Virus record (IMG/VR): IMGVR_UViG_2061766007_003026
From: an uncultured virus (IMG/VR IMGVR_UViG_2061766007_003026)
Taxonomy: Duplodnaviria > Heunggongvirae > Uroviricota > Caudoviricetes
DNA: 58,310 nucleotides
Direction: 5' to 3' (one strand)
A program made the translations under genes and the position numbers. Every line of letters begins with the position of its first letter. The first letter of the stretch is position 1. Shown here piece by piece: positions 9,842 to 20,077 of the stretch. The notes below the pieces were generated by a model, which saw only the letters and a program-made list of their open reading frames with translations, had not been told where the DNA came from and searched no databases.

Positions 9842-10844
9842 ATGTCAACTTTCAACGCAGACAAGACCCTTTCCAAGACCAAGCCCGAAACCATCCTCAA
9901 GTGGGCAATCAAGAAACTCCGTGCCAACTGCAAGACGGCGCAGGCAAACGAAGTCGTGTACGAGAGCAAGCTGAACGACGAGGACTTCAAGCGTACCCTC
10001 GGCAAGCGTGAACTGAAGAAGCTCGAGACCGGGAAGGCGACCCTCGCTGAACTCCGCAAGGCCAAGCTCGACGCCGAGCTCGCATCCTACGCGGAGGAGA
10101 CCGAGAAGGCCATCCAGAACCTCACCGCCGCGTTCTCCAAGGAACTCCCGGCCGTCATCGACATCTCGGTGGACTGGAAGAAGCACCGCGTGTGGGGCTA
10201 CAACCCCAAGGCCGAAGTCTGGGCTAACGGGTATACCGCGTCTGACTATGTAGGCGGTTGCGGCTACGACAAGGAATCCACAGCGACAGCCGAGGCGTTC
10301 AAGCAAAANNNNNNNNNNGCCCGGGGAGACCCAAGGATTACCCGGCAGGGAACTTACCGATACAAGGAGGCATCATGACAACTTTCAACGCAGACAAGAC
10401 CCTTTCCAAGACCAAGCCCGAAACTATCCTCAAGTGGGCAATCAAGAAACTCCGTGCCAACTGCAAGACGGCGCANNNNNNNNNNGGCACCGCGTATGGG
10501 GCTACAACCCCAAGGCCGAAGTCTGGGCCAACGGGTATACCGCGTCTGACTATGTAGGCGGCTGCGGCTACGACAAGGAATCCACAGCGACAGCCGAGGC
10601 GTTCAAGCAAAATATTGTTTTTGCCCGTATCGTCGCCACCTGCGCATGGCTCGACATGAAGGAAACCAAGGCTACCGGGAAACCTACCCACACCTACGGG
10701 TACACCGACGGCTACGACGGCTTCCGCTTCGAGGGCGCCGTGGGCTTCAGGTGCCACCAGAGAATCATCGAAAGGGCTGGCTACAGCACTGCTGCCGAAT
10801 TCCACCCGAAATCTTCCGACTGCTACAAGTTCGAGAAGAAATAA
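9842..10844 (+). CDS. hypothetical protein present as overlapping haplotype fragments across two gaps (one gene of ~230 aa)
   Basis: 9842-10307, 10375-10475 and 10488-10844 overlap in sequence with SNPs. Confidence 0.75.
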
Positions 10845-11031
10845 TTTTGTTCTGACCTCCAAACGCCTCCCGGGAATCCCCGGGAGGTTTTCTTTTTTTA
10901 CACAGGGCCTCCTGAAGCTTCGTCGTCAAATCTGAGATGCGCCCTGAAGGCTATAGCCCCCACCGGGTACCGCCCGGGGAGACCCAAGGATTACCCGGCA
11001 GGCAATTTCATACTACAAGGAGACTAAACCT

Positions 11032-11772
11032 ATGGCTACTTTGAAAAGAAAAGACCTTGACACGATTATCCGTAATCATCAGCACTGGATAAAACAGGAC
11101 CGCAAGGGCTGGGAAACTATGAAGGCCAACCTGTACGAGGCCGACCTGTCCGGGGCCAATCTGACCGGGGCCAATCTGCCCCAGGCAACCCTGACCGGAG
11201 CCAACCTGACCGGGGCCGACTTGCGCAAAGCCGACCTGTTCAGGGCCCACCTGTTATTGGTCGAACTGCGCAAAGCTGACCTGTCCGGAGCCAACCTGTC
11301 CGGGGCAAACCTGCGCGAAGCCGACCTGTCCGAGGCCAATCTGTCCGGGGCAACCCTGACCGGAGCCAACCTGTACGAGGCCGACCTTACCGGGGCAAAC
11401 CTGCACGAGACCAACATGGAATATGCGGACATCTACACCACCTCCTTCGACGAGAAGGAAGCCATCCGCAAGGGTATCATCCTTGCCAAGCCAATCAAGG
11501 GCTACAAGAAAACCGCGGAAGGGGTAATCATCACCGCCGAAATCCCGGCAGGAGCCATTGTTTTTTCTATAAATGGGGGAAAATGTAGAACCAGTATGGC
11601 TACAATCCTTGATACAGCAGGGCATAAGTTGCTTCATTCGATATATGACTCGGGATTTACTTACAAACTGGGCAAAAAAATTATAATCCCCAATTTTGAT
11701 ATTCGCTATAACGTAGAGTGCGGTCCAGGCTTCCACTTCTTCCGCACGAAGAAGGAGGCGGAGGAATACTAG
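11032..11772 (+). CDS. pentapeptide-repeat protein with DUF5758-like C-terminus
   Basis: A(D/N)LSG repeats; C-terminal GYKK...KCR...ECGPGFHFF; variant allele fragment at 11909-12019. Confidence 0.9.
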   Translation: MATLKRKDLDTIIRNHQHWIKQDRKGWETMKANLYEADLSGANLTGANLPQATLTGANLTGADLRKADLFRAHLLLVELRKADLSGANLSGANLREADLSEANLSGATLTGANLYEADLTGANLHETNMEYADIYTTSFDEKEAIRKGIILAKPIKGYKKTAEGVIITAEIPAGAIVFSINGGKCRTSMATILDTAGHKLLHSIYDSGFTYKLGKKIIIPNFDIRYNVECGPGFHFFRTKKEAEEY

Positions 11773-12347
11773 CTCACCGGGTATTCCCCGGGGACACCCA
11801 AGGAATACCCGGCAGGCAACTTACCGATACAAGGAGACAACCATGGCTAGCAAGAAAACCTCCCGGGGGTTCCCGGGAGGTTTCTTTTTTGCACAGGGNN
11901 NNNNNNNNTCTGACCGGAGTCAACCTGTCCGGGGCCAATCTGACCGGGGCCAATCTGTCCTGGGCCAAGCTGACCGGGGCCAATCTGACCGGGGCCAATC
12001 TGCCCCAGGCAACCCTGACNNNNNNNNNNACTCCTGAAGCTTCGTCGCCAGAGAGACTGGTGGGCGCCGGTAACGTATACACCCCACCGGGTACCTCCCG
12101 GGGATACCACGATATACCACTCAAGCCAACCAGGTCGCATCAATCTAAGGATAAGGGGACAATATGGCTAAGGAAGTATACAAGCGTTTGGAATGGCGTG
12201 TAAAACGCNNNNNNNNNNCCTCCTGAAGCTTCGTCGCCAGAGATACCTGCGGGCGCCGGTAACGTATACACCCCACCGGGTACCTCCCGGGGAGACCACG
12301 ATATACCACTCGAGCCAACCAGGTCACATCAATCTAAGGGGAACAAT

Positions 12348-12671
12348 ATGGCTAAGGAAGTATACAAGCGTTTGGAATGGCGTGTAAAGCGCATCGTGAA
12401 AGGGCAACATGTGGAGTTCCGTCCACAGTGGTGCTTCAAGTTCCTGTTCATCCGCATCTGGGTCAACGCAACTCTCAAGAACGAGTTGAATTGCCAATAT
12501 ACAGATGACAAGGANNNNNNNNNNTACAGACACAAAAAGCACCCACTATGGAGCTTGACGTATGAAAAGCAAAAGTACGCCATCGGGTTCATCGAGAAGT
12601 ATGAGGCATGGCGCAAGTACATGGCCGAACTGAAGCACGATGTCAATACGCACCCCATTATCAAGGTCTAG
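12348..12671 (+). CDS. hypothetical protein (contains gap; partial allele at 12163)
   Basis: RBS, element 12273. Confidence 0.65.
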   Translation: MAKEVYKRLEWRVKRIVKGQHVEFRPQWCFKFLFIRIWVNATLKNELNCQYTDDKXXXXYRHKKHPLWSLTYEKQKYAIGFIEKYEAWRKYMAELKHDVNTHPIIKV

Positions 12672-12836
12672 GATATACCGACGCCTCCCGGGAACCCCCG
12701 GGAGGTTTCCTTTTTCCTGAAGCTTCAGTCCAGCGGCTGCCAGCCTCGGCCGGGAACATTCCGTTGCCCACCGGGGAACCCCCGGGGACACCCAAGGAAT
12801 ACCCGGCAGGGAACTTACAGATACAAGGAGACAATT

Positions 12837-13259
12837 ATGACAAGAACCGCAATCAACAAGATTACCCACGCATGGCTGTCTGACGTAATCGCCCGTCTGG
12901 ACAAGGAAAACCCGGACGGAACCAAGAGCAACGCCGTGTATTGGCACAAGGTCGCCGAGACGGAAATGGGAACCGGCCTCTACATCGTGGTGGGCTGGGG
13001 AGACGGCTTCGAGGAAGCCCCTAAACATACCAAGTATGCCGACGGAACCTACCGTATATGTGCGAAAATCGGGTATGCCAGTGGTACCGCCGGGATTACC
13101 GGGTACGAGGATTTCTACATGCCCTACGACCTCAAAAGCGGGGACATCTGCGATACCGACTCCGAGGTGAAGCCGTACAAGTACGTGACCGACCGCCTGA
13201 ACCGGGAAGCCCGGGAGGTGTGGCACGATTACAAGGACACGCTGGACAAGCTTGGCTAG
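12837..13259 (+). CDS. hypothetical protein
   Basis: AAGGAG RBS, element 12768. Confidence 0.85.
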   Translation: MTRTAINKITHAWLSDVIARLDKENPDGTKSNAVYWHKVAETEMGTGLYIVVGWGDGFEEAPKHTKYADGTYRICAKIGYASGTAGITGYEDFYMPYDLKSGDICDTDSEVKPYKYVTDRLNREAREVWHDYKDTLDKLG

Positions 13260-13421
13260 CATGGAAACCTCCCGGGAACCCCCGGGAGGTTTCTTTTTTC
13301 CTGAAGCTTCAGTCCAGCGGCGGCCAGCCTCGGCCGGGAACATTCCGTTGCCCACCGGGTACATCCCGGCGAGACCCAAGGATTACCCGGTAGGCAACTT
13401 GCCGATACAAGGAGACATAAC

Positions 13422-13973
13422 ATGCCGAACACCGTTCTTTCCAACACCCAGCTTGACGAAATCTGCCGCAAGTGCGGTATCACGTGCCTTCTCTGCGAGC
13501 AGGGCTACTTCGCCACTCTGGATGACGTTACTGCCGACAACCCCGACTACACCATCGGTTCCTACGAGGCCAAGCGCGACACCATCGACCGAATGCTCAT
13601 GGACACCCTCGACTTCGGCCCGTACAACGACAAGGACGACCTCGAAGAGGATATGCTCATCGAAGCCATGGAGGAACGTGACCGAGTCCTCGACATCGTG
13701 GTTCCCAAGTTCGTCAGCGGGTTCTACTGCGGACAGGAGATGAACGAGCTCGAGATGGCCCAGCACGAGTGTGTCACCCTGACCATGCCGGATACGGTGG
13801 GCAAGTTCCCGGGAAAAGACATCGTGGAGGAAATCACCCGGCGCGGCTGGAAACACGGGAAGGATTACGACTACACCTGCCTCCTGAACTTCCTGTCTGA
13901 AATCCCGGAGGACTCAATCAAGCTCCTCGACGACACGCTCGACGAATATGAAAACCTCGACGGGTCCGTTTAA
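13422..13973 (+). CDS. hypothetical acidic protein
   Basis: AAGGAG RBS, element 13352. Confidence 0.85.
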   Translation: MPNTVLSNTQLDEICRKCGITCLLCEQGYFATLDDVTADNPDYTIGSYEAKRDTIDRMLMDTLDFGPYNDKDDLEEDMLIEAMEERDRVLDIVVPKFVSGFYCGQEMNELEMAQHECVTLTMPDTVGKFPGKDIVEEITRRGWKHGKDYDYTCLLNFLSEIPEDSIKLLDDTLDEYENLDGSV

Positions 13974-13998
13974 CCCATTCCATACAGGACAATAATCC

Positions 13999-14244
13999 AT
14001 GAAGAAAATTTTTATTCTTATTCTGGCGTGCACGGCAATCGCGTGCGCATATTGCCAATACATGCCCAAGTCCGGCGAGTATACTTCAAACCGGACGTAC
14101 AATAACGGTTCCGTATACAGCAGCAAGATATGCGTATACGGTAACGGGGAACTGCATATCCCCGTGGCGTTCTTCGACCAGTACTATTGCCCATACTCAA
14201 TCGAATATGACAGGTACCGCGACAGGATATGCGACTGGAATTAA
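13999..14244 (+). CDS. small secreted Cys/Tyr-rich protein
   Basis: MKKIFILILACTAIACA signal-peptide-like N-terminus. Confidence 0.75.
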   Translation: MKKIFILILACTAIACAYCQYMPKSGEYTSNRTYNNGSVYSSKICVYGNGELHIPVAFFDQYYCPYSIEYDRYRDRICDWN

Positions 14245-14572
14245 ATGCCTCCTGCCAACTCCTCCCGGGAACTCCCCGGGAGGTTTCCTGTTTCCATGGA
14301 ATTCCTTCTGGCAGCCCCGGGTGCNNNNNNNNNNGCCAGTATTATTGCCCATACTCAATCGAATATGACAGTTACCGCGACAGAATATGTGACTGGAATT
14401 AAATGCCTCCTGCCAACTCCTCCCGGGAACTCCCGGGAGGTTTCCTGTTTCCATGGAATTCCTTCTGGCAGCCCCGGGTGCCCCTGACATCCACATACGC
14501 CCCACCGGGTACACCCCGGGGACACCGGGAGGGTTCCGGGGAGATAACCGGGAGATGCAAGGAGAAACAACC

Positions 14573-14881
14573 ATGAGCAATTCTACGACATTCGCGTGCT
14601 TGCAGGTCACCAAGGTCAACGTGTACCCGTTCAAGCCGGACACCACTCTCGGACACCTGAAGGGTATCGCCACGGTGACCCTGAACGACCAGCTCGTCCT
14701 CAGGGGCCTGCGCATCATGGAAGGGGATAACGGCATGTTCGTATCCTACCCGACCGACCCGTTCTACAAGGGCGACGACTTCCGTAACATGGTGGAACCC
14801 AATACTGAGCTCCGCGAGCACATCGAAAAGTGCGTCCTGGAGATGTACAACTACACTACGAAGGAGGATGAAAATGGCTGA
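14573..14881 (+). CDS. spoVG: SpoVG-family nucleic-acid-binding protein
   Basis: LKGIATVTLNDQLVLRGLRIMEGDNGMFVSYP...ELREHIEKCVLEMY. Confidence 0.88.
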   Translation: MSNSTTFACLQVTKVNVYPFKPDTTLGHLKGIATVTLNDQLVLRGLRIMEGDNGMFVSYPTDPFYKGDDFRNMVEPNTELREHIEKCVLEMYNYTTKEDENG

Positions 14882-15041
14882 TTACACTACCGCGGCCAAC
14901 GCCCGCATCGAGGAGCTCGTCAAGTCCGGGCTCAGCAAGGACGACATCTTTACCAAGTTCATTTCCGGCGGCAAGCAAATCATCTATCCGACAATCGGAG
15001 ACGACGGGAAGGCACATCTGGTGAAAGAAACGTTTAAATAA
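14874..15041 (+). CDS. hypothetical protein (55 aa, not in ORF track)
   Basis: AAGGAGG RBS; MADYTTAANARIEELVKSG... Confidence 0.7.
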   Translation: MADYTTAANARIEELVKSGLSKDDIFTKFISGGKQIIYPTIGDDGKAHLVKETFK

Positions 15042-15177
15042 TTTTACAAATTTCCATAGGTGGGTTTTGCCCATCCAATGGCAAGCATTGGCATGTTTTA
15101 TACTTTAAATATATAGTATAGCAAAACTACATATAGAAAAATAACAAGATTTCATCACTTTGTCAATATAAAAATGT

Positions 15178-15900
15178 AAATCCATAGGTGCAACAAGCGG
15201 CCGGATTCGTCCGGCCGCTTTCTTTGATACCGGGCTAACCTCTGAACCTCCCGGAGACCCCGGGAGGTTTCCCAGTTTCTGGCGGCCAAGTCATCGAGAT
15301 GACAGGCTGCCCACTGTAGCTCTCTATACCCCACCGGGTACCGCCCGGGGACACCCGGTAGGACCGGGGAAGCCAACCCCTTCCACGGGAGATAACGATA
15401 TGGCTATTCTTAACGAAAAATACGACACCGGGCGCCTCGGCCTTAGCGACGACGAAGTCCACGCGGAACTTGTATCTATCGCCAACGCGGCGAGGGCCAG
15501 GAACCCCGGCGAGCACAACGTGTACTTCTATATGCAGACCCCGCAGGAAATCCACCGCGAACGGGTACTGATGGCTATCCGGCTGGCCACGTCCATTATA
15601 TGCTACCACCATGACCCCGATTGGAACAAGTATGCCACCGAGTACATGTTCCCGAGACCTCTGACCGCCCGGGAACCGAGGTTCAACGGGACGGAGGAAC
15701 AGCAGGCAGCGCGCGCACTGACGCAGGCCGAATGGGACGCCATCTTCGCGGCCCAGAAGGAAAGGATGGCCAGTGCCAAGGTGATTCCCCACGTCTGCAC
15801 GGACGAGGACGGATTTTCCTACAGCCATATTCAGTGGAATTAAACCCAATATAATCCATAGGTGCAACAAGCGGCCGGCCTAGTCCGGCCGCTTTCTTTT
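15178..15900 (+). terminator. two near-identical ~48-bp units ATCCATAGGTGCAACAAGCGGCCGG-N5-CCGGCCGCTTTCTTT (15178-15226, 15853-15900)
   Basis: GC stem plus T tail, directly repeated. Confidence 0.75.
15400..15843 (+). CDS. hypothetical protein
   Basis: RBS, element 15331. Confidence 0.8.
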   Translation: MAILNEKYDTGRLGLSDDEVHAELVSIANAARARNPGEHNVYFYMQTPQEIHRERVLMAIRLATSIICYHHDPDWNKYATEYMFPRPLTAREPRFNGTEEQQAARALTQAEWDAIFAAQKERMASAKVIPHVCTDEDGFSYSHIQWN

Positions 15901-16149
15901 ACGAAATTTTACCCCACGATGCAACAAAAATTTTTATATTTTTTGCAATTATCCCTTACGTTCAGCAAGGAGCCTCCCGGAAACGCCGGTAGGTTCCTTT
16001 CTTATCACCCGGTGTACTGCCAGCAGCCCCAGTCGGCGACTCGAGATGCCTGGCGGCCGCCAGTTTCTACCCGTACCCCACCGGGTACGCCCCGGGGATT
16101 CCTGGGCACCTCCCGGGAGGGAACCATATATCATACAAGGAGACAACAA

Positions 16150-16524
16150 ATGTCAGCAAAAATCAACATTTCCAAGGAAGTCCAGGCGGCCCTCGACGCA
16201 AACAACCATGTCATCCGTGACATGAACCTCTACGTCCAGAACGCGTTCCTCAAGGTGCTCCCGGAAGGCGTCAACGCGGACAGGATAAACAGCACCTCTC
16301 GCTGCGACCGCGACGGGTACCTCATCGTCGAGCTCGGCTACACCGTCGAGAATGTGCCCGCCCATGGAACCTGGTACTTCACCTTCATCTTCAGGCCCAC
16401 CCGTGTCAACGTCCCCGCCGGTACAATCATGGTTACCCGCCGGACCGACACGTTCGATACCCGCAGCTGCCAGTTCCAGCAGGAAGCCCTCGACGGTATC
16501 GTGAAGGAACTGGCCGCCATCTAG
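16150..16524 (+). CDS. hypothetical protein (start reassigned)
   Basis: AAGGAG RBS, element 16078. Confidence 0.8.
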   Translation: MSAKINISKEVQAALDANNHVIRDMNLYVQNAFLKVLPEGVNADRINSTSRCDRDGYLIVELGYTVENVPAHGTWYFTFIFRPTRVNVPAGTIMVTRRTDTFDTRSCQFQQEALDGIVKELAAI

Positions 16525-16598
16525 CAACCCACCGGGGATTCCCCGGGGACACCCCGGGCGTTTCCGGCAGGAAATACTATATTTGCAAGGAGGCCACC

Positions 16599-16916
16599 AT
16601 GAAGAAAATTATTTTTTACAACCACTATGTCGAACCGGGGAAGGATTTCACGCCGGTAGAGGTAATCTGGGAAGGGGACGACACTGACGAGCAGGGTCTC
16701 GTGGAGGCGTTCTCCGATTTCGTCGCCGAGCTCTTCACCGACGATGCCAGGAAACCGACGGGTCTTCTCTGCGGTAAGCTTGCCAGGGAATTCGATGACT
16801 TCCAGGTTACCGTGGGAGACTTAGTGCAGGCGCTCGCGGACGGGGAAACCACTTTCCGTGTCTTCCACAACAAAGATGTTGGTATCGACCACGAATACGC
16901 GATTTTCGTAGTATAA
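16599..16916 (+). CDS. hypothetical protein
   Basis: AAGGAGG RBS, element 16529; allele fragment 17023-17164. Confidence 0.85.
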   Translation: MKKIIFYNHYVEPGKDFTPVEVIWEGDDTDEQGLVEAFSDFVAELFTDDARKPTGLLCGKLAREFDDFQVTVGDLVQALADGETTFRVFHNKDVGIDHEYAIFVV

Positions 16917-17174
16917 GGAGGGGAATATGGCAGTCGCTCTCAAGACCAAGAAGTTCACCGTTGAATGCGAAGTCACCGTCAAGCTCGACGTCGAGGTGGA
17001 AGCCTACGACAGNNNNNNNNNNGAAGCTTGCCAGGGGATTCGATGACTACCAGGTTACCATAGGAGACTTCGTGCAGGCGCTCGCGGACGGGGAAACCAC
17101 TTTCCGTGTCTTCCACAACAAAGATGTTGGTATCGACCACGAATACTCGATTTTCGTAGTATAAGGAGGGGAAT

Positions 17175-17357
17175 ATGGCAGTCGCGCTCAAGACCAAGAA
17201 GTTCACCGTGGAATGCGAAGTCACCGTCAAGCTCGACGTCGAGGTGGAAGCCTACGACAGGGAATGCGCGGTGGCCATAGCTGAAGCGCAGGCAGTCGAC
17301 CAGTACCTGACGGCTACCCCCAAGTCCGTAGACGCGCGGGCAATCCACGTCGGATAA
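17175..17357 (+). CDS. small protein, DpnD/PcfM-like pattern
   Basis: KKFTVECEVTVKLDVEVEAYDRECAVAIAE; paralogue at 19110; allele at 16927. Confidence 0.7.
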   Translation: MAVALKTKKFTVECEVTVKLDVEVEAYDRECAVAIAEAQAVDQYLTATPKSVDARAIHVG

Positions 17358-17546
17358 AAATTTTTATATTGTCTCCAGGCCTCCCGGGATTTCCCGGGAG
17401 GTTTTCCTTTTTTGCACCCGGCCTCCTGAAGCTTCCGACTCGTGCAGACCAGGTGCCTCCTGACATCATCATGCACCCCACCGGGTACCGCCCGGGGATA
17501 CCCGGGAATCACCCGGCAGGGAACCCTTACCCACAAGGAGACAAAT

Positions 17547-17927
17547 ATGCAGAAACTTATCACCAAGCCCATCATCGAAGCCCTCGCCAAGACCCCCTAC
17601 GCCTCTACCGACGGTGTGGAAAGGGATTCCAAGAAGGTAATCGCCAAGTTCTTCAACCCCATGGGCCCGGGCCGCTGGTACGTACTGGAGGACTCCATGT
17701 TCTTCACCGACCCGGAACACAAGGACGGCGACCACGTCGATGAGGACAAGATTGTGTTCGGCGCCGCGTCGCTGGGCTACGGGCTCGAACTGGGGGACAT
17801 CTCCCTCAAGGAGCTCGAGGACATCAGGCTGCCGCTGGGGATGCGTATCGAGCGAGACATCTCCGTCGAGCCGTTCGAGTACACCCTCGGCGAGCTGCGC
17901 CGCCGCGACGGAGAGGAGTGGATGTAA
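17547..17927 (+). CDS. DUF2958-like protein
   Basis: AKFFNPMGPGRWYVLE...FGAASLGYGLELGDISLKELEDIRLPLGMRIERD. Confidence 0.8.
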   Translation: MQKLITKPIIEALAKTPYASTDGVERDSKKVIAKFFNPMGPGRWYVLEDSMFFTDPEHKDGDHVDEDKIVFGAASLGYGLELGDISLKELEDIRLPLGMRIERDISVEPFEYTLGELRRRDGEEWM

Positions 17928-18253
17928 TGGCCTGGGACATCTTCGACATAGAGCGCGAGGCGCGCAAGGCTACCTGCTATTACGACGGGTTCACTTCGCC
18001 CGCGGGAATACGGGCGATAGGACCCGGTACCATCTACGTGAACAACACCCACGCCCCTTCCGACTTCAACGCCATCCTGCCGCTGTTCGAGAAATACAAT
18101 TTCAATTTCTCCACATATCCCGGCGGCTGCCTCAAGATTAAGAGGGGAGGACACACCTGGACCCGCCCGGTACTGCTGGGAGACCTCGTCGTCGCCCTCG
18201 GAAAGCACTGCTACGACAGGATTGTCAGGGAAATGGACAGGCGGCACCTGTAG
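17927..18253 (+). CDS. hypothetical protein
   Basis: TAATG stop/start overlap. Confidence 0.75.
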   Translation: MAWDIFDIEREARKATCYYDGFTSPAGIRAIGPGTIYVNNTHAPSDFNAILPLFEKYNFNFSTYPGGCLKIKRGGHTWTRPVLLGDLVVALGKHCYDRIVREMDRRHL

Positions 18254-18336
18254 CATCCCATATCCCACCGGGTTCACCCCGGTGTGTTCCCGGGAGGAAC
18301 CGGGAGGGAACTGGCATATACAACAAGGAGACACTT

Positions 18337-18735
18337 ATGGCTCAATCACTTCTTTTTAAGCTGATGAAAAAAAGACCCAAGATTAAGAAAACTTGGCATA
18401 ACGTCTACGCGCTCCGGCAGGAATACAACCCCTACCAGAAGGCCTGGTTCCCCATCATCTTCTACTGGAACCGCAGCAAGATAGGCCCGTCGAAATACAG
18501 GTGCTGGGTGGAAGCCCTCGCCACCGAGACGGGAGACTCCTACTACCACACCGAAATCGACCGCGGCGACTACAGCCGCCGTACCAGGCCGGGAACCGAC
18601 AAGTGCAACCCGGAACACGTCAAGGCCATCGTGGCGTACTACCAGCAGGAATGCGACAAGGAGAACCCGTGCGGCCCGGTGGTGGAAGTCAAGAAGCTCG
18701 CCGTCTACGCCCCGAAGGGCGACTCGCCGGTATAG
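18337..18735 (+). CDS. hypothetical protein
   Basis: AAGGAG RBS, element 18265. Confidence 0.8.
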   Translation: MAQSLLFKLMKKRPKIKKTWHNVYALRQEYNPYQKAWFPIIFYWNRSKIGPSKYRCWVEALATETGDSYYHTEIDRGDYSRRTRPGTDKCNPEHVKAIVAYYQQECDKENPCGPVVEVKKLAVYAPKGDSPV

Positions 18736-18808
18736 CCCACCGGGTCCACCCCGGGATGTTCCCGGGAGGAACCGGGAGGGAACTGGCATATACGACAAGG
18801 AGACAATT

Positions 18809-19108
18809 ATGAAAGACTGTTACGGAAAGGAACATAGCCAGGCACTCGTCACCGACTGCGACGACTACCTCGCCGAGCTGACCAACCCGAAGGAACCCGA
18901 ATGGGAATTCAAGGAGAAGCTCTGCGCCTCCAATGGACCCAACTACACGGGGCGCGCATGGGTGGTGTACGACAAGGCCAACGAAGTCGAGTGCCTTCTG
19001 AGCTACAACACCATCGTTTCCTACAAGGCGGGAGACCGAATCATCCGACTCGGCAAGTGGTCGAACACCACGTCCCGCCAGCAAAGCCTCTACGAAAGGT
19101 GGTACTGA
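18809..19108 (+). CDS. hypothetical phage protein (LLSYNTIV...WSNTTSRQQ)
   Basis: AAGGAG RBS, element 18737. Confidence 0.8.
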   Translation: MKDCYGKEHSQALVTDCDDYLAELTNPKEPEWEFKEKLCASNGPNYTGRAWVVYDKANEVECLLSYNTIVSYKAGDRIIRLGKWSNTTSRQQSLYERWY

Positions 19109-19109
19109 T

Positions 19110-19286
19110 ATGGCAAAAACAAAGGACTACACTTACTCGGTGACCGTGCAGGTTACCATAGACGTAACGGTACAGGCGACTAGCGAATGCGAGGCGCGGC
19201 AGCTCGCCGAGGACCAGGCGTACTCGGAATACCTGACCGCCGAGCCCGACTCCCTGATGGTCAACTCTTGCGTCCTCCAGGACTAA
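19110..19286 (+). CDS. 58-aa paralogue of the 17175 protein (not in ORF track)
   Basis: MAKTKDYTYSVTVQVTIDVTVQATSECEARQLAEDQAYSEYLTA. Confidence 0.7.
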   Translation: MAKTKDYTYSVTVQVTIDVTVQATSECEARQLAEDQAYSEYLTAEPDSLMVNSCVLQD

Positions 19287-19317
19287 AAAATTTTCAACAT
19301 TCAACCGGAGACAGACA

Positions 19318-19677
19318 ATGACCGCAAAAATCCGTATTATCCCGCGTATAGAACAGAGAAAGGAAAAATTTAACCAGGCCATGCGCCTCCTGAAGGAAGG
19401 ACAAGACCTGCTCAAGGAAGCTGGCTTCAAGCTACTTTTCGACAGCTATAACGATTATGGGGCGTATGCCGTTCCTATGGACGTAGACTTCCCCGATGAC
19501 TGTGCCGTGGTGACGGGCGAGTGCAAGAAGAGCTTCGATGAACTCACCGACGCGGGTGATTTTCTCAGGGGTTGCCCCGAAGTGCTCGAAATTGAAGGTC
19601 TATACAATGACGGCACGCGCCTAGTGGACAATGTCCCGGATTGGTGGACGGACTGGCAAGACTGCCCAGAAAAATAA
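19318..19677 (+). CDS. hypothetical protein
   Basis: GGAG RBS. Confidence 0.75.
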   Translation: MTAKIRIIPRIEQRKEKFNQAMRLLKEGQDLLKEAGFKLLFDSYNDYGAYAVPMDVDFPDDCAVVTGECKKSFDELTDAGDFLRGCPEVLEIEGLYNDGTRLVDNVPDWWTDWQDCPEK

Positions 19678-19864
19678 TTTTTTGTCTCCTAAGGCGCCTT
19701 CCGGGAAATCCCGGGAGGCCCTTTTCGTATCTCCAGCAGCACGAAGCTTCCGACTCGAGCAGACCAGGGCCCCCCAGTACATATATGCACCCCACCGGGT
19801 ACTCCCCGGGGATACCCAGGGAATACCCGGCAGGTAACCATTACACACACAAGGAGACAACACC

Positions 19865-20077
19865 ATGGATATTTCAGTAAGAGATGTTTGCGATAAGTTC
19901 GTCGAACCGGGCCTCCAGAAGGTCGGTATCTTCGACCTCAAGACCAGCAAGTAAGTCTATTCCGGTCCCTATGACGAGATGCCGGACGACTACGGGGAGC
20001 TCGAAGTCCAGTCCATCGACCTCACCGGCGAGTACGGCTCCGGCGAAGTCATCGTTTTCAACGTGGAGGTAGAATAA
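19865..20077 (+). pseudogene. 70-codon gene with in-frame TAA at 19952-19954
   Basis: RBS+ATG 73 nt after element 19792; the frame continues coding-like after the stop to a TAATG overlap with the next gene. Confidence 0.65.

Noticed and set aside
11032..12019. Diversity-generating retroelement TR/VR pair
   Set aside because: Variant copy lies between gaps, differences are not adenine-specific, and no reverse transcriptase is present.
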